DNA of 64,000 bases from Owenia fusiformis (Eukaryota): contig CAIIXF020000001.1 of the NCBI GenBank assembly GCA_903813345.2, positions 45,136,001-45,200,000 of the forward strand, given 5' to 3'. Positions 40,101 through 61,706 of the stretch are shown here, in pieces (the stretch's first letter is position 1; each line of letters begins with the position of its first letter). Below the pieces are notes generated by a model, which searched no databases, was not told the origin of the DNA, and saw only the letters and a list, made by a program, of their open reading frames with translations. A program made the position numbers and the translations under genes.

Positions 40101-40417
40101 GTATTACATACCTAGCGAAGCATTTGTATGAAAGTCAATGGGAAAGTTAGCGAGCTATATCCACCGATATTGCCCGATTACCCCGATATAGCCCGCTTAC
40201 CTCGTTTTGATATTAGATTTCTTTAATAACCATGATAATATCATGACGTCACGTCATTGATACAAAGTAACCATGGGAACAAATGCATGTAATACATCAG
40301 TTATGTCACTATGACGTGAAATATGCCTTCGTTCTTGCCCAAATATAGAGCCTCCCAAGGTCGGCCTATATTGGGAGAACTCAGGCATATTTCACGTCAT
40401 AGTGACATAACCTCTAA
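40101..40417 (+). repeat. 317-bp hairpin-bearing element; inverted copy at 51138-51454
   Basis: About 2 mismatches by eye to the reverse complement of 51138-51454. Internal stem GTTATGTCACTATGACGTGAAATATGCCT / AGGCATATTTCACGTCATAGTGACATAAC. Confidence 0.92.
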
Positions 40418-41266
40418 TTATTGCCCGACTAAAGTCATTAACTCCCGACACAATATTGCTCACGTCAATATAGCAATTTAAATGCCTTCTCAACTAGTTC
40501 TAAAACCCCTAGAACAGGCCCTGCAAGGTGGTAATGATGGGGATTAAAATTGTATCAGACATATTTCTCGTTCACCCCTTGATCAATGGTAGAAAAACAA
40601 GAAAACAAAAGGAATTTACACTAGGGAATCAGCTTAGATACTGTTAAAACATGCTAAACAGACCAGAGAGTACAGCTTTCATTTACTTGGTAATTTTTAA
40701 TCTGCTTTGAGAATCAGTATTAGGCATAATTATAGGGGGATACGATATGAGATAAACATGTGATGAAAGATCATTTAATTTAGGATAATTCAGTAGTTTT
40801 TCATATCATTTAAAATATGGGAAATAAAGTATTTTGTACTTATAAAAACACGAGTATACTTATGACTTGGCCCATATTCACAGGGGTGATGTAATTGCAA
40901 GAGGAATCTATGAATTCTATGCCATTGTGTGGATAAATTAGTTTTCTTAAAATAGATATCAATATTGAAATGCATTAATATTAAACATCATCTTGAACTA
41001 AACAAAATTAACAGTCAGTTTAATTCAAAAGTCAACTGCCAACATAATTTCTGATTTTTAATGCTATGGTATCAGGTTCAGGCACTGTACTGCTGTATGC
41101 AGTTAAATCTAAGCACACTATCCTCATTGTATTGTATTGTATTTTATTGCCTCATTTATATGAGAGAATACTGTTTTTATACTGGCAATTAATCATTCTA
41201 GCAAGCCCGACAACATGACATTAATATTAACCGAATGGCGTCCTAAAGTGCATGTATACATTCATT

Positions 41267-43557
41267 GGGGATTAACTGGAAACGAAGACACCATGTCTTC
41301 GTTTCAACATGACCTGACTTCTGGAAAGAGAATTTAGTAATATTTTTTTGTTTTCTCGATTTATTCGCTTTAATATTTTTTTTGTTTTCTTGATTTCGTC
41401 ACTTTTATCCTCTAAATTTCAACTAAATCACGCCTAATCATCGGCGTCAAAAAATAGCGGAGTACAGTTTTTGTACGGTGACGCAAATCGACTGCTTTGG
41501 AGCAAAAACTATGACAAGGATTATAAAAAAAATTAATTTGATGAAAACAAATACGATTTCATGTGAAATAAAAACAGCATTCTCTTAGAAATGGTTTTAA
41601 CTTTCTAATTATGATAAACTTTTTACGAGCACTGTTCGGATTTTTTCTGATTTCTTTTGGTTATTATTTTCCCTGCCGTCTGAGAGTATGGATTATTTTT
41701 ATGAGAATATGTATTTGTTAAATACACATTTTAGAACGGGCGACGATTCAGCAAATAATCATACATTGTGTATATTTAAAAAAGATCAGATTTGTACTGT
41801 GACGCATAAGCTGTACGGTGACGATTCCTTATAATTTGTGAGAAGTAATATAAAGAACTCATTATTTATTTCAAATCGCATAAGTTTTAGTGTGGAAGTT
41901 CAAATGTTGATCCAGTCAAGTATCCCTCGTATAAATGTTGTCAAATGATCAGTATCAGGCGAAAGTTACTGCAGTCACTTTTGAATTTAAGATGTTGGAA
42001 AGGAAGTGTCGATTTCGATACTTTTAGTTTTATTCGAATTAAACTTCTTTACAATTTGCGTTATGCTTTGATGAACTAAATGAGACTAAAATGAAATGAA
42101 ATGGAAGTTCTGGAGTACGATCATTTGTTCATATATAATGCATGGGCGCCACAGCTCAACGATATCTTCCACCGCTTATGGAAGGTTACTGGAAATGTAT
42201 GATACGGTAAGAATCATGAAACCAAAAACTCAGTATATTTGTTGCTATGTTATTGATGTTTTTAAACAAGTGATGTCACAAGTAAATCACATCTTGCACG
42301 TGTGACTTTTTAGGATGAAAGGTGCAATATCTTGCATGGGGTAAAGATGGCTATATGCTGTCTTTTTTAGTCATATGAGAAAAGCCTGGTTTAGTTCAAA
42401 TGATATCAAAGCATATCGTCAACTCTCAAATAGTTTGTTCCATGAAAACTAAAAATATTGAAATACTTCCTGCCCGCCATCTTAAATGCGAAGGTGACGG
42501 CCGTAACCTTCGCTTGATACTTACCAGTGATAATGTACATGTAGATCTGACACGTCTTTACCTCTTGTTCAAACAGTAAGCTTAGAGTTGAATGTGTTTC
42601 AGTATTTAATCCTTGTTATCAGAAAGGAATGGAAACATAAGAATTGATCTTTTTCAATGTTGAATGGGATTCAACATTTGAATTCCACACAAAAACTTAT
42701 AGAATCACAAGCTAATACTGAGCTCATATATTACACTTCATAAATTATAAGGAATCGTCACCGTACAGCAGATGCGTCACCGTACAGATTTGATCTTTTT
42801 TAAATATATACAGTGAATGGTTATTTGCCAAATCTTCATCCGTTCTAAAATGTGTAGATAACAAATACTTATTCTCATAAAAATTATCCATACTCTCAGA
42901 CGGCAGGGAAAATAATAACCAAACGAAAAGTGAAAAAAAAAAACATTTTTCTTTCGAGTCGATTATTGGGGCTGATCCAGTCAGAAAAAAACCGAGCAGT
43001 GCTCGAAAAACTTTTATCATAATTAGAAAGTTAAAACCATTTCTAAGAGAATGCTGTTTTTATTACACTCGAAATCGTATTTATTTTCATCAAATTAATT
43101 TTTTTAAAACCCTCATAATAGTTTTTGCTTCAACTCAGTTAATTTTCGTCACCGTACAGAAAAGTGTACTACTGTATTTTTTGACGCTGTACGGTGACGC
43201 CTGCTTCCGCGATGGTTAGGCGTGTAAATATCTGATATTTGGCACGTATATGATACGTGTACATTCCGGATTAGAACACACATAACGTAATTGTTTGGAT
43301 ATTTATGAATCTTTTCCCTCGCTAAGGAAACGAAGACTGTTAATAGCTTTCTGAAGCATGAAACGTCGTATCCCAAACAATTGCGCTATTTATTTCGGAG
43401 GTGAAATCATATTTCTATAGGGGCTAAACCGGAATGTGTGCCAAACATTTTAGTGAAATATGGATGATATTAAGCGATTAAATCGAGAAAAATCTTCGTT
43501 CCGGAAGTCCGGCCATGTTGAAACGAAGACAATTGTCTTCGTTGCCAGTTGATCCCC
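41267..43557. mobile_element. 2.3-kb compound foldback element directly upstream of the peptidase gene
   Basis: Outer TIRs GGGGATTAACTGGAAACGAAGACA / TGTCTTCGTTGCCAGTTGATCCCC. Inner inverted arms at ~41440-42100 and ~42380-43190, e.g. AAAACAGCATTCTCTTAGAAATGGTTTTAACTTTCTAATTATGATAAA and its reverse complement. Confidence 0.88.
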
Positions 43558-43706
43558 GGTGACATTGACTGTGCGAAAGTGCATGTATGCATTGTAACGT
43601 AGATGGTATCACATATAGCATTTACAGCCTTTACTTCAAGGTCTCTTCAAGGTTCGTACGACAAGCTGCATTTTCGAATATTTGAAAGCTCACATTTCGT
43701 TCAAAA

Positions 43707-49397
<5,691 letters not shown>

Positions 49398-50169
49398 GAC
49401 ATATAGTTTTGAGCTCAGAACAGTAGGCCTAATTCTTGTTAAGTCTAAAATACAAATGAATTCCAAACTATATCGTCATACGCGAATATGGACACTGATA
49501 GAGCTGTTTCTACAACCTCAGAAAATTATGATTCAACCATTTTGTACTGAATCTCAATTGAGATACTTTTGAAAAGGTATTCTAGTATTGTATATGTTAC
49601 AAATAAATCTATGTGTGACGACCATCAAGTTCAGTCCACATTTTAAAGAAGAATACGAAGCTCTCTTTTAAGAAGTGAAGTCAAACGAATGCAAAGGGTG
49701 TGTCAACTTTAGTGATCCATGATTTAATTTAAGATTCATTTCTTATAAGTAACTTTTGGATAATTCGGAATACTTTGAACACATATTTTTTATGAATATT
49801 GTTGAAAACTATTTTAATGGAATGTTAAATTCATGCAATAGTCAATTTCAGCACTCTGAAGTTTCTGTTGGAATCATTTTCACATTCCAATATCCCTATA
49901 CATTTATGATTTCATTATTTTTGTCAATTAGGCATTACATGTGCTACTTATGTATTAATCTAGTTTGCTCCTTATGTTACAGAAGACTGTGACATTGCAT
50001 AGTTTGTTCATTGGTGTCTGTTCAAAAGCCTACATGTGTATGACCTGTATATAGTGGTTATTTGGGACAACTTATACAATATTGTTTCGTATCGCCGAGA
50101 TGCGACATAACAAAGGCTTTTGATTCATAAACTCAGACCATGAATCTGTATTGTAAATCTAGCCGCGTA

Positions 50170-50521
50170 CACCAATGGGACAATGTCCGACTTTATCCAT
50201 TTTGTCCTAACACATCCACTCTTGTCCCCCGGGCATCATGCGACATCATGGGACAATGTCCCACATTTTGTCCGATGATGTCTGAAATATAGCGCCATTT
50301 TGTCAGAAAATGGTCATATGATTATCACCTGATGAAATGGGACATAAAGGGACAAAATCGGACAACTTGGAACAATGTCCCGGGGACAACCTGGGAAAAG
50401 GGACAACGTGGGACAATTTGTCCTCTGATGTCCCATGGGAATGTCCGAACTTGTTCCTTCATGTCCCATGAAAATAGTTTACTCAATAACTCCCTTGATG
50501 TCCCAACATGTCCCATTTGTG
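50170..50521. mobile_element. MITE with CACCAATGGG-type termini, TA flanks, GGGACA/TGTCCC repeats
   Basis: TA|CACCAATGGGACA...TGTCCCATTTGTG|TA; dense subterminal repeats (CACTA/EnSpm-like organisation). Confidence 0.75.
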
Positions 50522-50957
50522 TACGACTAGCTTAACTGAGAACATACAGTGCTGTAGTGATAGTTATTTGGGTTTAGTGGTAGTGTACATTAGTATATAT
50601 ATACATTAGTACATATATAGTTCTCTATCGTGTTTATTCATTTGTGATTTGCCGGAAATCCGTGCACTAGTCTAAAAACCAAATCGTGGTGTGGTAATTT
50701 TGTAACATTACAAATAAATATACATCTTGTATTCCAAATCCAGTAGCCTGCTTTGTGTCTAATATTCATATTATTAGTGCTTCATTTGTCTTCTTTTTAA
50801 TTAGAAATTTGCGGAATGTCGTTTTAAATCATTTATCATTATCATTCTTGATTTAACTTTTCATATACAAGTAGTTTATATAAACTTAGTACAATGGATC
50901 AATAAAGTAGTTTTTACTTTATATAGTTATAAAAACATGCTTCTTTTATGTTAATTA

Positions 50958-51005
50958 TTGTGACAACGGTATCTGACTTTACCGTTGTCAGGCTATTCCG
51001 GGGTG
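50958..51005. mobile_element. Solo terminal repeat of the pip intron-1 MITE
   Basis: TTGTGACAACGGTATCTGACTTTACCGTT is the exact reverse complement of part of the left end of the MITE starting at 43963. Confidence 0.8.
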
Positions 51006-51137
51006 AATACGCCATTTGACTCGACATTTTCCATCCGATATAACCAAATCAGAGACATATACTCTGACCAAATCAACACATTTGTAGAAGAAATGGCATG
51101 TTATCATTGCAAAAAATATGTAAAATTCTACCTATAT

Positions 51138-51454
51138 TTAGAGGTTATGTCACTATGACGTGAAATATGCCTGAGTTCTCCCAATATAGGCCGACCTTGG
51201 GAGGCTCTATATTTGGGCAAGAACGAAGGCATATTTCACGTCATAGTGACATAACTGATGTATTACATGCCTTTGTTCCCATGGTTACTTTGTATCAATG
51301 ACGTGACGTCATGATATTATCATGGTTATTAAAGAAATCTAATATCAAAACGAGGTAAGCGGGCTATATCGGGGTAATCGGGCAATATCGGTGGATATAG
51401 CTCGCTAACTTTCCCATTGACTTCCATACAAATGCTTCGCTAGGTATGTAATAC
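51138..51454 (-). repeat. Inverted copy of 40101-40417
   Basis: Near-identical reverse complement over 317 bp. Confidence 0.92.
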
Positions 51455-51529
51455 ACCAGTTTATGGACTCGTCATGAACATAATTGTGTTACGACTAAAT
51501 TCATTTTTCTGTGGCAGTTTTGCCGTATA

Positions 51530-53497
51530 CCCAGATAGCACAACTCTGATGGGCCAACGTTGGCCCAACAACTACGTATCTGTTGGCCCAACGTTGGCTG
51601 TCGTGGTTGGCCCACCGTCGCTATGTCCATCGGTCCAACGTTGGTCCACCGTCGCTATGTTCATTGGCCCAACGTTGGTCCATTGTTGGCCCAACACGAT
51701 TTCAAGCTACGTTGGCCCATAGTTGGCCCACTAATAGTAAGAAGACTGGTTGGCCCGACGTTGGTCAACAGTTGGTCCGACAATGTTAAGAGGGATGTTG
51801 GCGCATTGGCGGTCAAAACTGGTTGGCCCAACGTTGGTCAACAGTTGGGCCAACTTTGGCCCAACGATTACGTATATGTTGGTCCAACGTTGGCTGTCGT
51901 GGTTGGCCCACCGTCGCTATGTCCATCGGTCCAACGTTGGTCCACCGTCGCTTTCAAGCTACGTTGGTCCATTGTTGGGCCAACCATATTTTCTTTCGGA
52001 GGGCCAACGTTGGGCCAATGGACATAGCGACGGTGGGCCAACCACGTCAGCCAACGTTGGTCCAACATTGGCAGCCACCACAGAACCAACGTTGGCCCAC
52101 TGTTGACACAATTTACTTTTTGTACAGCCATTGTTGGCTCCCTGGGCAGCCAACGACAGGCCACATGAATAATTTGCCAACTGCAACCTTGAGAACCAAT
52201 GGTCACCGATAGCGACGTTCACCCAACGTCTTTGTGCTATCTAGGCATTCAGTACTGCTACTGTAAATGTGTTCACATATTATATCCGTTTTTCATCAAT
52301 AAAATATGGTGGCTTGTTTTTCCATACTAAATATATTTGGTAGCCTTATAAGTGGTTTCAACTGTATAACAAGGCGAAAATCCATATTTTTGAGGTGAAC
52401 AACATTATCAGATAATTTTGAAAGAAAATATTACAAAAATTTACCTTAATTTTTTTTAATGACAGCTGGTATGTTTTCTTCTATTTTTAAGCATTTGCAA
52501 TGATTTATCGATAGGTGGCTTCCTGGTATTAGCGGCAGCCAACAACGGGCCAACGTTGGCCCAACTACAATTTGCCAACTGCAATTTTGCACTGATCGAT
52601 AGGTCCCAGATAGCACATCGCCAATGGGCCAACGTTGGGCCAACAACTACGCATCTGTTGGCCCAACGTCGGCTTGAGCGGTTGACCCAACGTCATTTTG
52701 TCCAGCGGGCCAACGTTGGTCCAACAGTGGCAAAAAATTATATTGGCCCAACGTTGGTCCAATGTTGGCACAGATAGCACACCGCCAGTGGGCCAACTTC
52801 GGGCCAACAACTACGCATCTGTTGGCCCAACGTCGGCTTGAGCGGTTGACCCAACGTCATTTTGTCCAGCGGGCCAACGTTGGTCCAACAGTGGCAAACA
52901 ATTATGTTGGCCCAACGTTATAGTTCCGCCCTAAAATTGCTAACTTCGGACCTGATATCATTGTCGGCCCAACGTTCTACCGACCCTAAAATTGTGTCAA
53001 TTACCAACGTGGTACCAACGTTGGCCCAACGTTAGTGTACCACCCTAAAATTACTATAATTTGGGGCTAACAGAAGTGTGATTTGCCGACCTGAAAATAA
53101 CGTCGGCCCAACGTTATAGTTCCGCCCTAAAATTGCTAACTTCGGACCGAAATAGACACGCTGCTTGCCAACCTTGCACCGACATCGGTACAACGTCAGC
53201 GTACAGCCGTAAAATTGCTGACTTCAGGCCAACAGAAAAGTGTACCTTGACGACCTCGTACCAACGTCGGCCCAACGTCAAAGTACCGCCCTAAAATTGC
53301 TAACTTCAGACCGAAAAAGATGTGTCATTTGCCAACCTTGTACCGACGTCGGTACAACGTGAGCTTACAGCCGTAGAATTGCCGACTTCAGGCCAACGGA
53401 GAAGTGTGCCTTGACAACCTTGAACCAACGTCGGCCCAACGTCAAGGTACCGACGTAAAATTGCCGACGTTGGGCCAACAAAGACGTGCTATCTGGG
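51530..53497. mobile_element. Composite non-autonomous element with CCCAGATAGCAC TIRs, TA flanks and many palindromic CCAACGTTGG motifs (EnSpm/CACTA-like)
   Basis: TA|CCCAGATAGCAC...GTGCTATCTGGG|TA. Internal ends at ~52245 (GTGCTATCTAGG), 52605 (CCCAGATAGCAC) and ~52770 (CACAGATAGCAC). Confidence 0.88.
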
Positions 53498-53724
53498 TAT
53501 GTTCATAGGATGGTATACGAACGGTTTCCGAATAGTCATTGTGTGAACGAGGTTACTGCCCTCTTATCCAGTCAGTGTTCCTATAATTATGTTCGAATGG
53601 TTGTTACCGAGCCAGTAAATCTGAAATAAAATTCGAAGACAGTTCTGTCTTGATTATCTGGATGTTGTTATTGGCTCCTCAACTATTTTTGATGTAGCCC
53701 ATGGTATAATTTTGTTTTCAAATA

Positions 53725-54213
53725 CAGTAGAACCTGTATATCTGAACACCTGGCTAATCTGAACACCTCCCAATCTGAACACTTTTTTCGGTCCCATTTT
53801 TTCCTCCCATTGACTCCAATGTTAAAAAATACTTGAAATGTGAACACCTCTCAATTTGAACAGTGAACAGTCATATTTGAAAAATTAGCCTGTCTAATCT
53901 GAACACTTTTCATAAAGTTTCACATGTTTCATTGAAAATTGCTCAAATGTTGTTATGATATCAAAACTAATGGGAAAAATATTTGAATGGTCTTGATTAT
54001 AATAGGGTTTTCCAGCATGACTAGATTCATTCGAATCAAATTTTTGAAATGCCATAAAGCTATGTGGTCAAATGAACTATAAAGTTGAGAATGTGTTCAC
54101 ATTTCTTCAGAATTTGGAATCTCGCGAATGCAAAAACCTCAAAATGTGAACACCTCCTAATTCGAACGCTTTAAGCCGGTCCAAATGGCGTTCGGATTAG
54201 ACAGGTTTTACTG
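53725..54213. mobile_element. pogo/Tigger-like MITE, TA TSD
   Basis: TA|CAGTAGAACCTGT...ACAGGTTTTACTG|TA; internal TCTGAACAC repeats. Confidence 0.85.
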
Positions 54214-54645
54214 TATGTAAGAATTGGTTCTATTCACTTCTTGTTTCACCCTTGGTATACGCAGCTAACGAAAATTGACCGGTACGGGTCAAAAGCTGGA
54301 CCGGTACGGGTTAACGGTTTTATTTGAATTTAAAATAGCCATAACTCAATATTGACTTCCTCGTGTCTAATTTGATATATGATGCCTCCCGATGCTGTTA
54401 AGTACCCCAATTTTTTACAGATTTTTAAACGGACCAAAACTCTCTAAATGCGCATTTATGCTCTTTTCTCTCGAGAACGACTGTCTCATTTTCACGATAA
54501 CTTTTATTTAGTACTTCTAACATATAAGATCTATTTTCCCCATCAAGGTATGATGTAAATGACATGCTATTTACATCTTGTGAGTTTCAATGACGCGCGT
54601 TTGATTTTATAAAAAATGCCAAACTTTGTGACAAAGAATTTCATC

Positions 54646-54756
54646 CTGCTTGCAGCGAGAAAACGGACCGGTTCGGGGCAATCTGCTTGCAGCGAGAAGA
54701 CGGACCGGTTCGGGGCAATCTGCTTGCAGCGAGAAGACGGACCGGTTCGGGGCAAT
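54646..54756. repeat. 37-bp minisatellite x3 in the loop of an inverted repeat
   Basis: CTGCTTGCAGCGAGAARACGGACCGGTTCGGGGCAAT x3 with no spacers, flanked by GACAAAGAATTTCAT / ATGAAATTCTTTGTC. Confidence 0.9.
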
Positions 54757-57637
54757 AGCTAATGAAATTCTTTGTCAAAATCTTCAAAATCTATGAACAT
54801 CATGCGTCAGCTTATAGCTGATTCCATAACGTTTATTTCAACTGTTTATGAACAAAACGGCAACGCAAACCTACAATATTGTGCAAACTAAATCGGCAGT
54901 CGTGTTTTTGCCGGTGCAGGAGGAAAGAATTACGCTATCCATTACGGAGCCGGGACATCCAGATATTTGAAAAGGGTGTATAATTTTGGAAACATTTACG
55001 TAGATTTTCTGTAAAATCAATAATACTTGTATCATACTAGTATCTAGGATTCAGCTTAAAACATTTTCCAAGAATGTAATCCTTTGTTTTGTAAAGTACT
55101 TTAATGGCAAAAAGTACAAAACGCCTGATGAATTTTAACCTAATTATTATCACAATTTCGTGCCATTCTACCAATAACTCCACTAATTGATTGCAGTAAT
55201 AATTTATTAAACAGTTCAAGTGACAATTTATTTATTTCAACATTCTATTAGTGGAAACATTACAGTTCTTATACCTTGCTAATATTCGTGTAATGTCTTA
55301 CACGCTTTGCGGCAAAGTAAACGTTTCAGCGCTAGATTCATCTTGTCAAGAGCACTCAAAACTTTATACAGTGTGGTACCCATTACGTCGTTCCCAAAGA
55401 CCTATGTAATAGCAAATAAAATCAATTGATTAGTTCCGAAGGAAACATTAGTTAATTTGGCGTGTCTGACATTTGAAGCAATTTAGAGAATTATCTATTT
55501 TCCATTTATGAAGTTACTTTTGTTGCATTTTCTAAAAAGTGAATTTAGGGGATATATTTTTTGTTAAATTTTAGTTTTGAATCTCTCCTATTATTATCGT
55601 ATTTTCTTCTCGAGAAGATCCATAAATTACACCATTAACAAGTGCAGATATCTTGCTTTTGTTTCGTGTCAACAGATAAACAGGAAATATTCTTTATTGT
55701 TTCATCCATATGCTTTCTCCCATGTCCTATCGAAGAAGATGTTGCGTGAGGAGAGGACAAACAACTCGAACTATCATCCAATTAATTGACTCTTATTCCT
55801 ATGATTAACTATTCCGGTATTGTGTCAAAGATCACCAATAACCGATTTCTATTTTTTCTAAGAAATTTGACAATACTTGGATTGGATCTAGACCGTGATA
55901 GTCTTGTAGATAAATAGGTGCATGCACCTACACTATATCAACTTTATGCGACTTCTCTATATCGACTTTAGGCCCATCTTCATCAAAACCGTATTCATTT
56001 TGATTATTAGAAAATGATCTGTGTCATCTTATCAAATGGGGGAGTTATTGAACATTTAAGATTTGCTCGAGTATCCATAAAGATAAACACGTAAAGGGGA
56101 ATTCAAAATAAATACCACCGCCTGTATTATCCACAACCAATTATTCATTGGAATCCCTCTCAAGGATTAGGTAAAGAGGGGGCACAATTTTCACAATCCA
56201 AAATGCACCAGGAGTATACATATCTTCGACTTTCAAGGTGGTATAACAAGAAGTTGGAGTGAACCTTGTGAATGAAGATGGGGAGTACACAGGTCAACAG
56301 CATTTAGTGTAAAAAGATAAATAAAGATAAAAAGATATCAGACACACAAAAAACAAAATGTGAATTGGAAACCAAAAATGTTTCGCTAAAATCAGACTTT
56401 TACAAATACCAAGTTGTGTCTGCTCATTAACGGATGTTAATGATCTGTTTGCGGTATATCAGTTTCCCGAATGTGTATCTATGATGTAAATTTTAAATCA
56501 ATCCGTTATGATACCATTGGAAAGCGTTAATTGGAATAATCTAACCAAATAATGAACTGGAATGAGAAATTAATGTTTCTGCATGATTAGTAATTCAGCA
56601 ATCGAATCATGTCTATTTATTGGGTACTAATGAGCTATAATTCGGTGTCGTTGTTTCGATAGCCCCTCTAACAATTGCACAATTCAAAGTGGGTAAGCAA
56701 TTGTATCCAATACAAACCTTCTAATAACTTCAATCAATTTGCTCATTAATGATGGGTAAATTCATATTGCGATATGTTGCTATTGTTTTACTGCCAATGA
56801 TGTGTGTACATGTTATTCAATCGCCTAATTTCATAAATGGTCGAGAGGCGGGCTGGGAACGACCATGTGGAGAGGGGAGGCTAATGGCATCGATTCGTGG
56901 ATGTCCAAGTATTTTAAATGATTTGTGTATCAGTAAAATTGTTTATAGGTCTTATTAGTTATATTGGTTTGCTACTCGTAAGGCTAATGAGTTGTTTGTT
57001 CGGTAAATTAATACAGCTTCATACAAGGTATAACGACAACAAGAACGGAAAGAGAATTTAAAAGGCACCAATTGATTTATTCATAATAATACTAAATCTT
57101 TAAATTATTCAAACAAGAAATATGGTCAGCTTGCATAACGATACAAGTATGTGGTGGGTCCCGAGTTGATAAATGAAATGAAAGTTTTCTATGAAGTGTT
57201 TTAAGTAGCCATCAGTTTTGCCTGAGTTGACGCATATTTATTTGAAAAGGAATCAATTGTAGGGTTTTGTTGAAGCTGTTAAAAGGCGAATGAGGAATGT
57301 TACTTATTGTCTATGGGCGCTTTGCAAGGTGGTGTGAAAATCTTAAAAGAAACTTATGGTGTTTCATTTGTCTTCACTGAAAAGTATTGATCTCTAGAAG
57401 TACTGGTCTCACATGATAGAATATACGTTATTGCTTGATATATAGTCGGCCAACACGAACGCTGCCCATATACATCACCATCGTCGAGCCTGTCACATCA
57501 ATTAAGTTGGACACACCAAACGAGAGGCAACTTATTAATTGTTTGGAAAAAACTTAAACAGTACGAAAATATAAGTGAAAAAATAATTTGGGAAAACTTG
57601 AAAATACATCAATAAAATTATTAGCGAATTAGGAAAA

Positions 57638-60565
<2,928 letters not shown>

Positions 60566-60620
60566 ACAGTTTCTTGTACCAGACGTCTGTATAACGACAT
60601 GTATATATAGCAGTCTGCTT

Positions 60621-61420
60621 TGTTTGAGTCTCTTCCCTCCTCTCTCATATTAGACGGAGGGTGAAGTACACATGAGGGTTTGGTGAATGAGTAGTAAGAT
60701 AAAAGTACAGGGTCCTCTCTGACAATCATTTATTATTAAGACGGAGGGTGAAGTACACATGGGGGTTTGGTGAATGAGTAGTAAGATAAAAGTACAGGGT
60801 CCTCTCTGACAATCATTTATTATTAAGACGGAGGGTGAAGTACACATGGGGGTTTGGTGAATGAGTAGAAAGATAAAAGTACAGGGTCCTCTCTGACAAT
60901 CATTTATTATTAAGACGGAGGGTGAAGTACACATGGGGGTTTGGTGAATGAGTAGTAAGATAAAAGTACAGGGTCCTCTCTGACAATCATTTATTATTAA
61001 GACGGAGGGTGAAGTATACATGGGGGTTTGGTGAATGAGTAGAAAGATAAAAGTACAGGGTCCTCTCTGACAATCATTTATTATAACGACTCGACACAGT
61101 GTCTGAGTACATTCTCTTTCGATCAGATATTATGCAAGTTTTAGTGTCATTAATTGGAGATACTAATGATATGACCAGGTATAGATGGCGTGACAATGTT
61201 TGAGTCTCTTCCCTCCTCTGATATTAGACGGAGGGTGGAGTACACACGGGGGTTTGGTGAATGAGTAAGATAGAAGTACAGGGTCCTCTCTGACAATCAT
61301 TTATTATAATGACTCGGCACAGTGTCTGAGTACATTCTCTTTCGATCAGATATTATGCAAGTTTTAGTGTCATTAATTGGAGATACTAATGATATGACCA
61401 GGTATAGATGGCATGGCAAT
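60621..61420. repeat. 87-bp minisatellite x5 nested in a larger (~220-bp) tandem duplication
   Basis: Units start at 60653, 60740, 60827, 60914 and 61001. TGTTTGAGTCTCTTCCCTCCTCT, one further unit and the downstream flank are repeated at ~61197-61420. Confidence 0.93.
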
Positions 61421-61706
61421 ATGAATATATATATATCATATACAAGAGATATACAAATAAACTAAATATAAAAATGTAATGCTTCTTAAAATGTAATGCT
61501 TTTTAAAATGTAAATAAATAAATATTAATTATAAAGATCATGAGTTTATTATAGACATTCTGTATATTTTACTAGAAGAATAAAGTTTTTAGTTTATGCT
61601 TATTTAGTATCCATTGCACTTTCCCAAAATGCTTTCAAGGAAAGCATAGTCTCTTTGATTACTCAGGAGTTCACCACAAGAAGTGGCTGCATATTGGCCC
61701 AACATA

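Noticed and set aside
51474..52810. Cluster of overlapping ORFs (WPNVG / GPTL / AQRW repeats)
   Set aside because: These result from stop-poor palindromic repeats that are open in several frames on both strands; there is no protein signature.
51530..53497. CRISPR-like array
   Set aside because: Repeat length and spacing are irregular, intervening sequences are themselves repeated, TIRs bound the region, there are no cas genes, and the context is eukaryotic.
54646..54756. 37-bp CRISPR-sized repeats
   Set aside because: They are head-to-tail with no spacers.
60650..61021. 123-aa repetitive ORF on the minus strand
   Set aside because: It is a by-product of an 87-bp (29-codon) minisatellite that lacks stops in one frame.
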